This document shows positions 38,673 through 48,324 of a stretch of 64,000 nucleotides of DNA, piece by piece. The position numbers and the translations under genes are program-made. The first letter of the stretch is position 1. The number at the start of each line of letters is the position of its first letter. The notes under the pieces were generated by a model. That model searched no databases and had not been told where the DNA came from. It saw only the letters and a list, made by a program, of their open reading frames with translations. This stretch comes from an uncultured Chloroflexia bacterium (lineage in GTDB: Bacteria > Chloroflexota > Limnocylindria > Limnocylindrales > CSP1-4), in contig CAVRGP010000006.1 in NCBI GenBank assembly GCA_963720755.1, positions 128,001 through 192,000 on the forward strand, given 5' to 3'.

Positions 38673-39476
38673 CAGGGCGAACACGATCGGGAACCGCATC
38701 GTCATCTCGTCGGTCGAGAGATCGTCCAGCCGCCTGCGCAAGCGGTCGATCAGCCGTACCCGGACCTCGGGCTTGAGCTCGTCGAAGTAGGTCTCCTCGT
38801 CGAACTCCGTCAGGAACGACACGTAGCTCTCGACCGTGAATCGATGGATCAATTCACCCGGCCGAGCGCTGGCGCCCGCGAAACCCGCGCGACGTAACTC
38901 ACCGACCGCACGGGCGACCGACGGGATGTCCCCCGAGCGACCATCGACGAGGTGTCGTTCCAGCCCGAGCTCACCGAGTACTTCGCCGAAGACCTGGTCG
39001 GGCACGAACCGGCCGTCATCCTCCAACCAGCAGACATACGCGAACAGACCACCCGGTCGCAGGATCCGGCGGACCTCCCGCAGGACCCTGGCACGGTTGG
39101 ACACGAGCTGAACGACGTACGACGAAAGCGCCAGATCGAAACGGCCTTCCTCGAACGGCAGTGTCTCGGCCAAGGTTCGCTGGATCTCGAACCGCGATCG
39201 ATCGGCCGGCTCGAGCGCGGCATCGGCCGCGGCTTCCGCGAGTGTCAGCATCCCGGCCGAGGCGTCGATACCGACGACACGTGCGGCAGGCCAGCGAGCC
39301 AGGGCCAGGAGCGCCAGCTGGCCGGTCCCCGTCCCGACGTCGAGGATCAGGTCCGGTTCGGTCAGGTGAGGCCGGATCTCGTCGACGAGCTCCGCGACGG
39401 TCGGGGCGAGCACCGGTGCCCACCAACGGGCGTAGGCGTGAGCGACGCCGTCGTACCGTTCACCATGGTCCGTCAT
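38655..39476 (-). CDS. Class I SAM-dependent methyltransferase
   Basis: ILDVGTGTG, GIDAS, LPFEEGRFD, RILRPGG. Confidence 0.92.
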   Translation of the reverse strand: MTDHGERYDGVAHAYARWWAPVLAPTVAELVDEIRPHLTEPDLILDVGTGTGQLALLALARWPAARVVGIDASAGMLTLAEAAADAALEPADRSRFEIQRTLAETLPFEEGRFDLALSSYVVQLVSNRARVLREVRRILRPGGLFAYVCWLEDDGRFVPDQVFGEVLGELGLERHLVDGRSGDIPSVARAVGELRRAGFAGASARPGELIHRFTVESYVSFLTEFDEETYFDELKPEVRVRLIDRLRRRLDDLSTDEMTMRFPIVFALGRRSR

Positions 39477-39507
39477 CGGACCATGGTGCCACGTGGAGGA
39501 GGCGCTC

Positions 39508-40470
39508 TCAGCTCTCGCCGACCACCGGTGCGGCCGGGGGCGGACCGGCGGACACCCGGCGCCCGATCCCGAGGCGGCGGGCGATCCCGACGACCACCAG
39601 CGTGATCAGCCCGAGCACGAGCAGGATCGGCAGCCACACGATGACGAACCAGATCGAGGCCGTGGCCACGCCCTGGACGACGGAGACCGATGTCGCCAGC
39701 GCCGAGTCGACGATCGCGGCCGGATCCCAGCCGTTGGTGGCGGCCGTCACGGCCACGACCGGGACGTTGAAGTCGACGGCCAGCTCCGAGAACGCGGCCC
39801 GGTCGTTGAGATCCTTGCGCTGGGCGTCGAGTGATTCGATCTGACCGCGCGTGTCGGTCAACCTCGCCTCGACCTCGAGAACATCGCTGACCTTGTTCGC
39901 CTGTGCCGCGATCGCCTGCAGGGCGGTCTCGCTGGCCCGCAGGTTGGCGATCCGGGCGTCGAGATCGACGATCTGACTGGTCACTTCGACGGCATTGGTC
40001 TGCTCATGGACGACCTTGGCGGTCAGGCCACCGAGCGTTCGAAGGGCGTCGAGGGCCTGCTCCCAGCGGTCGACAGGGATGCGATAGGTGATCTGGGCTG
40101 AAGGTCGATCGCCTTCATTGCTCGTCGATGAGGCACCGACGTACCCGCCGAGGCCGATGATCGCATCGCGGGCGGCCCGGACCGCTGACGGGACATCGCT
40201 GACGTCGAGCGACATCGTCCCGGTGCGGACGATCTTCGCGTCATCGACCGCGGCGAGCTGCCCGCCACCGCCGACCGGGTCCGACCCCGACTTCCCGATC
40301 TCGGGGGCCGGGATCCCGCCGGCGGGTACGGCACCGTCGCGAAGCGGGGCGCTTCCCGACTGGTCGACCGGCCCACCGACGGTGTCGAGGACGGACGACG
40401 CGGAACCGGCGCAGGCGGCCACGAACAGGCCGATGAGGAGCAAGGCGAGGAACGAACGGATTGGGCGCAT
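39508..40470 (-). CDS. DUF4349 lipoprotein
   Basis: Lipobox VAAC; KIVRT..GGYV..EVT..VDLDAR coiled coil; C-terminal TM. Confidence 0.85.
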   Translation of the reverse strand: MRPIRSFLALLLIGLFVAACAGSASSVLDTVGGPVDQSGSAPLRDGAVPAGGIPAPEIGKSGSDPVGGGGQLAAVDDAKIVRTGTMSLDVSDVPSAVRAARDAIIGLGGYVGASSTSNEGDRPSAQITYRIPVDRWEQALDALRTLGGLTAKVVHEQTNAVEVTSQIVDLDARIANLRASETALQAIAAQANKVSDVLEVEARLTDTRGQIESLDAQRKDLNDRAAFSELAVDFNVPVVAVTAATNGWDPAAIVDSALATSVSVVQGVATASIWFVIVWLPILLVLGLITLVVVGIARRLGIGRRVSAGPPPAAPVVGES

Positions 40471-40595
40471 GGAACGGACCTCCCGTAGCGCCTGCGACCT
40501 GGTCGGCCGGGCGGCTCAGTCGAGACGCGATCGGCCCTTGCCTGGTTCCGCCGACGGGTCGCCGGTCGTCGGCTACGGGGCGGTATCGTTGACGC

Positions 40596-41690
40596 GTGGC
40601 ACTCCCGTTCGACCCCCCGCTCGAGCCGATGCTGGCCAAGGCCGTCCCCGACCTGCCGACCGGCGACGAATGGCTGTTCGAACCCAAGTGGGACGGCTTC
40701 CGGGCCCTGGTCTTCCGGGACGGCGACGAGGTCTACATCCAGTCACGTGACCTCAAGCCCCTCGACCGGTACTTCCCGGAGCTGGCCGATCCACTCCGGG
40801 CGGCGCTCCCCGAGCGATGCGTTTTGGACGGTGAAGTCGTCATCGCGCGGGATGGCGCGCTCGCCTTCGAAGCGCTGCTCCTGCGGATCCACCCGGCCGC
40901 GTCGCGGGTTCGGATGCTGGCGACCGAGTCACCGGCCAGCTTCATCGCCTGGGACCTGCTCGCGCTCGGCGACGACGACCTCAGGTCGGTGCCCCAGGGC
41001 GAGCGTCGGGCCAGACTCGAAGCCGTCCTCGGTGGCGCCCGCGCCCCCGTTCACCTGACCCCGGCCACCCGCGACCGGGCAACGGCCGCCGACTGGTTCG
41101 AGCGATTCGAGGGTGCGGGTCTCGATGGGGTCGTCGCCAAGCGCCTCGATGCCGCCTATCAGCCGGGCAAGCGGGCGATGCTCAAGATCAAGCACCAGCG
41201 CACCGCCGATTGTGTCGTCGCCGGCTTCCGCTGGCACAAGAACGGCCCGGGCACGCACGTCGGTTCATTGCTGCTGGGCCTGTACGACGATGCGGGAACG
41301 CTCCACCACGTCGGGATCACGGCGTCGTTCACCTGGGAGCGGCGAGCCGATCTTGCCGCGGAACTGGCACCGCTCCGCGACGGGGCCTTCGACGCCCATC
41401 CGTGGCGCGAGTGGGCGGAATGGGCGTCGACGGGCGATGGCGAGGCGTCGGGCCAGCGACTCCCGGGTGCGACCTCGCGCTGGAACCGCGGCAAGGACCT
41501 GTCCTGGGAGCCGCTCCGGATCGAGCGGGTCGCCGAAGTCGCCTACGACCACCTCCAGGGCGATCGTTTCCGCCACGCGACGACGTTCAAGCGCTGGCGA
41601 CCGGACAAGCCGACCGACGCCTGTCGCTACGACCAACTCGAGGTGACCGCGCCGTTCCTGCTGGCGAGCATCTTCGGAACGACCGGCTGA
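40596..41690 (+). CDS. ligC: ATP-dependent DNA ligase (LigC type)
   Basis: PMLAK, EPKWDGFR, LDGE, DGVVAK, KIKH, GSLLLGL, EVAYD..RFRH. Confidence 0.93.
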   Translation: MALPFDPPLEPMLAKAVPDLPTGDEWLFEPKWDGFRALVFRDGDEVYIQSRDLKPLDRYFPELADPLRAALPERCVLDGEVVIARDGALAFEALLLRIHPAASRVRMLATESPASFIAWDLLALGDDDLRSVPQGERRARLEAVLGGARAPVHLTPATRDRATAADWFERFEGAGLDGVVAKRLDAAYQPGKRAMLKIKHQRTADCVVAGFRWHKNGPGTHVGSLLLGLYDDAGTLHHVGITASFTWERRADLAAELAPLRDGAFDAHPWREWAEWASTGDGEASGQRLPGATSRWNRGKDLSWEPLRIERVAEVAYDHLQGDRFRHATTFKRWRPDKPTDACRYDQLEVTAPFLLASIFGTTG

Positions 41691-42667
41691 TGGCGACCCT
41701 CCGTCTCGGACTCGTCGGCGGTGGCTGGATCAGCCGCTTGCACCTCGATGCGCTGGAGCGGCTCGGGCGGTCCGAGCTCGTCGGCGTCGTTTCCGGGACC
41801 AGGGAGACCGCCGAAGTGGTCACCGCCCGCTGGGGTGGGTCGAGCTACGACGATGTCGAGTCGATGCTCGATCAGGGTCGGCCCGATGTCGTCTACGTGG
41901 CGGTCCCACCCCATCGTTCCGTGGCGATCGGCGAACGGCTCGTCGCCCGCGGCGTCCCGTTCCTGATCGAGAAGCCCCTCGCTGCCGAAGATCCTGACGG
42001 TCCGGCCCGGCTGGCGACCGCGATCGAACGGGCGGGGCTGGTCGTGGCGGTGGGGTACCACCTTCGAGCGCTCGACATCGTCCCGAAGATCCGTGAGCGA
42101 CTGGCCACGGCCCCGCCCCAGCTGGTCATCGCCCGCTGGCTCGACGAGACCCCGGGGCCGGCGTGGTGGGGTCGCGTCAACGAGGGCGGTGGCCAGGTCA
42201 TCGAGCAGGCGACCCACCTGTACGATCTCGCACGCCACCTGCTGGGTGAGGCAGACGTCATCGGGGCGGTGTCCACCCATGACCCATCGCTCTCTCCGGA
42301 CGGGGTGGATGTGGCGGACAGCAGCGCTGCGCTCCTACGCTTCGACACCGGCGCGATCGGCGCGTTCGCGAATAGCCGGCGGCTCGCCTCGGCCAGCATC
42401 GAGATGTCATTCGTCTCCGATGGATTGCTGACGACAGTGGCCAAGCGTTCGGAGCGGGGCCAGGGCGACTGGCATGTCAGCTTCGACGACGGGACTGCGA
42501 TCCGGATGATCGAGGCCGATGGCGATCCATACGAGGCCCAGGCCGCGGTCTTTTTCGATGCGGTCGAGGCGGGCGATCCGGCCCGCGTCCTGTCGTCCTA
42601 CGGCGACGCGCTCCTGACGGACCGTCTGACCCGGGCCGTGGTGGCGGCCACCGGCTCACCCGGCTGA
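41690..42667 (+). CDS. Gfo/Idh/MocA oxidoreductase
   Basis: GLVGGG, EKP, GGGQVIEQATHLYD; TGATG coupling to ligC. Confidence 0.9.
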   Translation: MATLRLGLVGGGWISRLHLDALERLGRSELVGVVSGTRETAEVVTARWGGSSYDDVESMLDQGRPDVVYVAVPPHRSVAIGERLVARGVPFLIEKPLAAEDPDGPARLATAIERAGLVVAVGYHLRALDIVPKIRERLATAPPQLVIARWLDETPGPAWWGRVNEGGGQVIEQATHLYDLARHLLGEADVIGAVSTHDPSLSPDGVDVADSSAALLRFDTGAIGAFANSRRLASASIEMSFVSDGLLTTVAKRSERGQGDWHVSFDDGTAIRMIEADGDPYEAQAAVFFDAVEAGDPARVLSSYGDALLTDRLTRAVVAATGSPG

Positions 42668-42862
42668 TGCGCGGCCGGCTCGAAGCGCCGGACGAACATA
42701 GCAGCGGCGGGCGGGCAGTCCGCTGTCGTCCTCGACGATGGCGATCCCGGCCGCGGTCAGGCGATCCCGAGTCTCGGTGAGGTCGCCCACCACGAACGCG
42801 AGCGCCGTAGCCTCACCCCCGGTCGGTATGCCGAGCTGAACGTGATCGATCGAGATGAGCAT
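42656..42862 (-). pseudogene. Glyoxalase/VOC family remnant with internal deletion
   Basis: IDHVQLGIPTGGE..ALAF fused directly to VVGDL..RRCYV; middle segment and the DPFGNRIE ending are missing. Confidence 0.65.
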
Positions 42863-42961
42863 CGCGTCGAGGGCACTCGACGCCGTCCCGGGCGGCATCG
42901 GTTCTCGCTCGCCGGTCACGGTTCCGGTTCCAGGTCGGAGTCGCGTGGCCACGTGCTCGAC

Positions 42962-43156
42962 CACGCAGTCGGCAGATCTTGCATCCCCAGAACCTTATGG
43001 CAACTCGGGGCTTCGAACCGGCCCGGATCGACCGTCACCCAGGGCCACATGACGATGTTCTGAGCGTGGACCGCGAGGCGTCAACCGCCCAAGACCGACT
43101 ACGGCCACGCACCATCCGCCATTGCGGTCTCCCGACGAAGATCTTGCCGAGTCGTG
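42962..43156. repeat. Long imperfect palindrome (element B)
   Basis: TCGGCAGATCTT (42969-80) / AAGATCTTGCCGA (43138-50); inner ATGGC/GCCAT, GGCC/GGCC, TGACG/CGTCA; left arm similar to element A. Confidence 0.65.
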
Positions 43157-43192
43157 TCGCGTCGCGACGCCGGCCGAGGTCCGGCGGGGCCG

Positions 43193-43468
43193 CTACGAGG
43201 AGCGGTTCGTTCCGGGGCCTTCGAAGTCCCGGTTCAGAAGGTCGCCCAGCCCGGTTCGGTCGCGCCAGGTCCGTCGGCCCAGCCACAGGAACAGGCCGGC
43301 AAGGGCCAGGAGGATGATCCCGGGGAAGACGTGACCGTCGACGAGGACGATCAGGCCGAAGAGTGTGCTCCCCACGGCTCCAAGGAACGCGACGACGGCC
43401 ACGGTCCTCAGGACGAGTCGCCCGAGGATCCGGTCGGCGCGGTCCGTCGGCGTTTCGGTGGTCTTCAT
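43193..43468 (-). CDS. Small hypothetical membrane protein (2 TM)
   Basis: MKTTETPTDRADRILGRLVLR with two hydrophobic helices. Confidence 0.65.
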   Translation of the reverse strand: MKTTETPTDRADRILGRLVLRTVAVVAFLGAVGSTLFGLIVLVDGHVFPGIILLALAGLFLWLGRRTWRDRTGLGDLLNRDFEGPGTNRSS

Positions 43469-43493
43469 GCTGCCTGACGGACAGGATACCGGC

Positions 43494-45032
43494 TCATGCG
43501 GGCTGCGGGTCCGTGTCGGGCGGCAGGTCCGGTTCGGGCGGCGGGTCACCGCTCCCCTTCGACTTCGGCTTCGGTCCAGCCCGTCGTGCCCGCGCTCCCG
43601 CCGTCGCGGCCTTCCATGCCTCGATGTCCTGGCCTGCCCACGGGTCGAAGTCGGATTCGAGCGGCTCCTGGGCGGGTCGGTCGGCCTCGGGGACGTGGAT
43701 GAGGTTGACCCGGATGCGCGTCCAGGTCGTCGACCGGCCGCGCATCGAATCGACCAGGATGTCCGCCGGTTCCAGGTGCTCGACGACGTCAGGGTGGCGG
43801 GTCTTCCAGCGTTCCAGCCCGGCCATCGCCTCGTCCTTGTGCTCCGCCCGGGCGATCTCCACGACCGGGATCCGGGACGTGCGCCGGCCGGTCGGCGTCG
43901 GCCGGGAACCGGACCACTCGGTCGGCAGCCCGGCATCCGGGTCACCGGCCGCGACGGCCGCGGCCCGCCGGGCGGCAACATCGGGCGGTGGTCCGCCGGC
44001 CTCACCGCGGCCGGGATCGTAGTCGGCCGGCTTGCGGCGCGCTTTCGAGGGCTGGACCCGAGGCGGTTCTCCTGCCTGCTTTGCGTAGTTGGGCGGCCAC
44101 GGCGCATCGCCGAAACCCTCCGCCTCGTGTCGTCCGCTCAGCTCGAGGAGCGCCTCCAGCGAACCGACCGCAGCATCGATCCCCGCACCTGGGTCGCCGA
44201 TCGCCGCATACCGTGCCGGGACCGTATCGATCGTGAAGGCTTCGGCCTCGACGGTCGCCACCTCATCCCAGGTCAGCGGCGTGGACACCCGGGCATCCGG
44301 CAGGGGCCGGACGGAGTAGGCCGATGCCACCGTCCGGTCCTTGGCGTTCTGGTTGTAGTCGAGGAAGACGCCGTGGCGCTCCTCCTTCCACCACTTGGAC
44401 GTGGCCAGGTCCGGGACCCGGTGCTCGACGTCCCTGGCCAGCGCCAACGCGGCGCGACGGACTTCCGGATAGGTCCAATGGCGCTCGATCCGAACGTTGA
44501 TGTGGATCCCTCGCGATCCCGACGTCTTCGGCCAGCCCACCAGCCCGACCGCGTCGAGTGCCTCGCGGACCGTCATCGCGACATCGCGGATCTGCGCCCA
44601 CGGGACGCCCGGGACCGGGTCGAGGTCGACCCGCAACTCGTCGGGATGGTCGAGGTCGTCCGCCCGGACCGGATGAGGGTTGAGGTCGATGCAGCCGAGA
44701 TTGGCGACCCAGGCGAGCCCGGCCGCATCGTCGATGACGACCTCGTCGGCCGTGCGACCGCTCGGAAAGGTGAGCGTCGCGGTCCGGATGAACGCGGGCA
44801 CGTTCTCGGGCGCTCGCTTCTGGAAGAACGGCTGTCCGGCAGCGCCGTCGACGAACCGCTTGAGGGCCATCGGCCGCCCACCGGCGCCGCGCAACGCTCC
44901 GTCGGCCACGGCGAGGTAGTAGCGGACGAGATCCAACTTGGTGTGGCCGGTCTCCGGGAAGTAGACCTTGCCCGGGTTCGAGACCGTGACCGCATGTTCA
45001 CCGACCTGGAGGACGGTCGTTTCCTTCGGCAT
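43494..45032 (-). CDS. Stand-alone LigD-type primase-polymerase (Prim-PolC-like) with C-terminal extension
   Basis: SNPGKVYFP..TKLDL, FFQK, RVDLDP, KTSGSRGIH, FLDYNQNAKDRT..AYSVR. Confidence 0.9.
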   Translation of the reverse strand: MPKETTVLQVGEHAVTVSNPGKVYFPETGHTKLDLVRYYLAVADGALRGAGGRPMALKRFVDGAAGQPFFQKRAPENVPAFIRTATLTFPSGRTADEVVIDDAAGLAWVANLGCIDLNPHPVRADDLDHPDELRVDLDPVPGVPWAQIRDVAMTVREALDAVGLVGWPKTSGSRGIHINVRIERHWTYPEVRRAALALARDVEHRVPDLATSKWWKEERHGVFLDYNQNAKDRTVASAYSVRPLPDARVSTPLTWDEVATVEAEAFTIDTVPARYAAIGDPGAGIDAAVGSLEALLELSGRHEAEGFGDAPWPPNYAKQAGEPPRVQPSKARRKPADYDPGRGEAGGPPPDVAARRAAAVAAGDPDAGLPTEWSGSRPTPTGRRTSRIPVVEIARAEHKDEAMAGLERWKTRHPDVVEHLEPADILVDSMRGRSTTWTRIRVNLIHVPEADRPAQEPLESDFDPWAGQDIEAWKAATAGARARRAGPKPKSKGSGDPPPEPDLPPDTDPQPA

Positions 45033-45089
45033 GGCGGAACGATACCCCCTCGACAGTGGGGCTCGGCCCGTCGATGATGTCGCGACCGT

Positions 45090-45116
45090 TGTCGATTCGG
45101 CCGGTTCCCGTTCGTC
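45090..45116 (+). promoter_or_regulatory. ECF42-type promoter
   Basis: TGTCGA-17bp-CGTC upstream of the DGPF gene/ECF sigma operon, matching the ECF42 consensus as I recall it. Confidence 0.65.
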
Positions 45117-45166
45117 GTCATCGCGAGGGCCGATGACCGTCGGTCGCCGAGGCAGGAGGAACGGAC

Positions 45167-45556
45167 ATGCAGTACGCACTCTTGATCTACACCCCCGAGT
45201 CGACCGAGGAAGCCTCGGCGGACGCGATGGCAGAGGAGATGGCCGCCTACGACGCGTTCGGCCAGCACGTGAGCGCCCGCGGCGCGATGCGCGGCGGCGA
45301 GGCGCTCGAGCCGACGTCGACCGCGACGACCGTTCGGGTCATCGACGGCAAGACGGTCACGACCGACGGCCCGTTCGCCGAGACGAAGGAGACGTTGGGT
45401 GGTTTCTACCTGGTCGAAGCAGCCGACCTCGACGAGGCGATCGGGTACGCCGCGATGATCCCCGGCGCGAAGAATGGCTGCATCGAGATCCGCCCGGTCT
45501 GGGACTTCGCCGCGGCCCTGGCCGCGCAAGGCGTGACTGCAGGCTCGGTGAACTGA
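45167..45556 (+). CDS. YciI/DGPF family protein
   Basis: TDGPFAETKETLGGFY..EIRP; AGGAG RBS. Confidence 0.95.
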   Translation: MQYALLIYTPESTEEASADAMAEEMAAYDAFGQHVSARGAMRGGEALEPTSTATTVRVIDGKTVTTDGPFAETKETLGGFYLVEAADLDEAIGYAAMIPGAKNGCIEIRPVWDFAAALAAQGVTAGSVN

Positions 45557-46857
45557 CGACGAACGACGCGGCACACGAGGTCGTCGATCGCGTCTTTCGC
45601 GAGGAGCAGGGCCGTGCGGTCGCCACCCTGATCCGGGCGACCGGCGACTTCGACCTGGCCGAAGAGGCGGTCCAGGATGCGTTCATCCGGGCGCTCGAGA
45701 CGTGGCCCGAACGGGGCGTGCCCGCGAACCCCGGGGCGTGGATCACCACGACCGCGCGCAATGGGGCGATCGACCGACTGCGCCGGCGCAAGCGCCTGAT
45801 CGAGAAGACCGAGTCGCTTGCCCGCGAGACCTCGATCGAGGCGGACTTGCAGGCGATCGAGCCGGAACCGTCGGAGGACGCCATGCCGATCCCGGATGAC
45901 CGGCTGCGCCTGATCTTCACCTGTTGCCACCCAGCGCTGGCGCTCGAGGCCAGCGTGGCCCTGACCCTGCGGACGTTGGGTGGGCTGACGACGCCGGAGA
46001 TCGCCCGCGCGTTCCTGGTCCCGGAACCGACCCTGGCCCAGCGGCTCGTCCGTGCCAAGCGCAAGATCCGCGATGCCGGGATCCCCTATCGGGTCCCACC
46101 GCCGGACGTGCTGCCCGAGCGGCTCGATGGCGTGCTGCGGGTCCTGTACCTCATCTTCAATGAGGGGTACGCGGCGTCATCGGGGGACGCGTTGATCCGC
46201 CGCGAGCTGTGTGCGGAGGCCATCCGGCTGACCCGCGTGGTCGTCTCCCTTCTGCCGGATGAACCGGAGGCACGCGGACTGCTGGCGCTGATGTTGCTGC
46301 ATGACGCCCGCCGCGATGCCCGAGTGGACGACGCGGGGCGGTTGATCCTGCTCGACGACCAGGATCGATCGAGATGGGATACCGAGCGGATCGCCGAAGG
46401 ACGCTCGGTCGCGCAGCGGGCGCTCGATGGAGGGCGACCGGGGCCGTATCAGGTCCAGGCGGCGATCGCCGCGATCCACGACGAGGCTGCCACCCCGGCG
46501 GACACGGACTGGGACCGGATCGTCGCGCTCTACCGCACCCTCCACCGGATGACGCCATCGCCGATCGTGGAACTCAACCTCGCCGCAGCGGTGGCGATGG
46601 CGGACGGTCCGGCCGTCGGGCTGGCGATGATGGACGGCCTCGTCGCCTCTGGTGAGCTCAGCACCTACCCGTACCTCCAGGCCGCGAGGGCAGATCTCCT
46701 CCGCCGCCTGGAGCGCTGGTCGGAGGCCGATGTCGCCTACGGGCAGGCCATCGAACTGACGACGAACGGTCCGGAGCGGACGTTCCTGAGCGGTCGACGC
46801 GCCGAGGTCCAGGCCCGGATCGGCGAAGACCGGACCGGACGACCCGGATCGGTCTAG
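45553..46857 (+). CDS. ECF sigma factor with C-terminal TPR/DUF6596 region (ECF42 type)
   Basis: AEEAVQDAF, DDRLRLIFTCCHPAL, YLIFNEGY, QDRSRWD, GPYQVQAAIAA; start codon uncertain (CTG overlap). Confidence 0.9.
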   Translation: MTTNDAAHEVVDRVFREEQGRAVATLIRATGDFDLAEEAVQDAFIRALETWPERGVPANPGAWITTTARNGAIDRLRRRKRLIEKTESLARETSIEADLQAIEPEPSEDAMPIPDDRLRLIFTCCHPALALEASVALTLRTLGGLTTPEIARAFLVPEPTLAQRLVRAKRKIRDAGIPYRVPPPDVLPERLDGVLRVLYLIFNEGYAASSGDALIRRELCAEAIRLTRVVVSLLPDEPEARGLLALMLLHDARRDARVDDAGRLILLDDQDRSRWDTERIAEGRSVAQRALDGGRPGPYQVQAAIAAIHDEAATPADTDWDRIVALYRTLHRMTPSPIVELNLAAAVAMADGPAVGLAMMDGLVASGELSTYPYLQAARADLLRRLERWSEADVAYGQAIELTTNGPERTFLSGRRAEVQARIGEDRTGRPGSV

Positions 46858-48215
46858 GCCAGGACCGCGTTGACGATCGTGTCGACGTCCGCCGCGGTCG
46901 GGACCACGATCAAGGTGTTGACCATCCCGAACATGCCGTTCGGTCCTTCCGCGTGCGGCAGGATGTGGCAGTGGAACGCCCAGACGCCGGCCGTCTTGGC
47001 CTCGATCAGGACGTCGTAGCGCTCGCCGGGATTGACCCCGAGGGTGTCGCAATAGAACGACGCACCGCCAAGCGGCCAGCCGTCGCGCTCGATGACGTGC
47101 ATCCGCAGCCCGTGGAGGTGCCACGGGTGCATCATGATCCCCTCGTTCATGAACCGGACTCGGACCGTCTCGCCAAGGGCCGCGATGACCGGGACGACGG
47201 CCGGGAAGCCGTGTCCGTTGATCGTGAACCCGCCCAAGGCGTCATTCGAGATCCACACGTACTCCCGATCGTATTTGACCGGATCGGGCTTCGGATCGAC
47301 GACGAACGCGCCGAGCAAGCCGCGGCCGACCTGGTCGGTGGCGTTGTGGTGGGAGTGATACATCAGCGATCCCGAGTTGACCGCCGTGAAGTCGTAGGCG
47401 TAGGTCTCCCCAGGGATGATCGGCTTCTGGTTGACGAACGCCACGCCGTCCTGGAAGAAGTCGGTCATCTCGACGCCGTGGAAGTGGACGCTGGTGGTCT
47501 CCTGCAGGTTGTTGGTGAACAACGCGCGGACCTTGTCGCCCTGGTTCACCCGGATGGTCGGACCGGGCCACTGGCCGTTGTACCCAAGGCCGGCGAGCGG
47601 CGGGTTCAACTCGTCGATGTTCTGTTCGATCTCGTCGATCGTCAGCTTGAACACCTTGACGTCGCCGTCGAGTTCCGGGGTGAGCGGCTTGGTCGCGTCG
47701 TTCAGGACGAGCTGCGGGACCTGGGCGAACGCCGGCTTCTGGTGGAGCTCCGGGTAGTCGTCCTCGACGCCCAAGATCGCGCCGAATTTCGCGTAGACGG
47801 CTTCCGGATAGATGCCGTTGAGCGCGGGCACGAGGTCGCCGAGGTAGCGCCGGATGACGTTCCGAGCCTGGATGTCGTGATCGGTCCAGCCGACCGGCAT
47901 CGGACCGGTCGGGGGCGCGGAGGCCGCTGGCGTGGGACTCGCCGCCATGTCGTGGCTCGCGGACGGGGTCGGCGCCGCACTTGGGGCGAGGCTTGCCGCA
48001 GCACTCGCGGCAGCACTCGGGACGGCACCGCCCGGGGCGAGCGTCGGACCCAGGTTCCAGCCACCCCCGGTCGCGGCGGGAGCGCAGGCGGCCAGGCCGG
48101 CGACGGCGGCGATGCCCCCACCGGTCAGGGCCGCGGCCCGGAGGAACCCGCGCCGCGAGAGGGCCGTGTCGGTCGGTTCGGTGGGTGGCAGGTCAACCTG
48201 CGTCGGCGTATCCAT
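46854..48215 (-). CDS. Tat-exported two-domain multicopper oxidase (small laccase, type B)
   Basis: SRRGFL Tat signal with LAAC; HFHG, YHSH in domain 1; HPWHLHG, HCHILPH..M in domain 2. Confidence 0.88.
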   Translation of the reverse strand: MDTPTQVDLPPTEPTDTALSRRGFLRAAALTGGGIAAVAGLAACAPAATGGGWNLGPTLAPGGAVPSAAASAAASLAPSAAPTPSASHDMAASPTPAASAPPTGPMPVGWTDHDIQARNVIRRYLGDLVPALNGIYPEAVYAKFGAILGVEDDYPELHQKPAFAQVPQLVLNDATKPLTPELDGDVKVFKLTIDEIEQNIDELNPPLAGLGYNGQWPGPTIRVNQGDKVRALFTNNLQETTSVHFHGVEMTDFFQDGVAFVNQKPIIPGETYAYDFTAVNSGSLMYHSHHNATDQVGRGLLGAFVVDPKPDPVKYDREYVWISNDALGGFTINGHGFPAVVPVIAALGETVRVRFMNEGIMMHPWHLHGLRMHVIERDGWPLGGASFYCDTLGVNPGERYDVLIEAKTAGVWAFHCHILPHAEGPNGMFGMVNTLIVVPTAADVDTIVNAVLA

Positions 48216-48324
48216 GCGCCCGATGGTGAAGGCCGGGCCAGCTACACCGGATGTGACGTCCGGCCCATTTCGCGGGGGCCGAACGGCGTCCGAAACGAGC
48301 GACGGGTCCGTCGGCGCCGCGGGG

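Noticed and set aside
40471-40560. TPP riboswitch upstream of the DUF4349 gene
   Set aside because: CTGAG is present but the GAACCTGAT/TAAT core is missing; GGGAGG is simply the RBS
43494-45032. Primase-polymerase as replicase of a mobile element
   Set aside because: Motifs match LigD-type repair polymerases and ligC is nearby; no helicase or integrase
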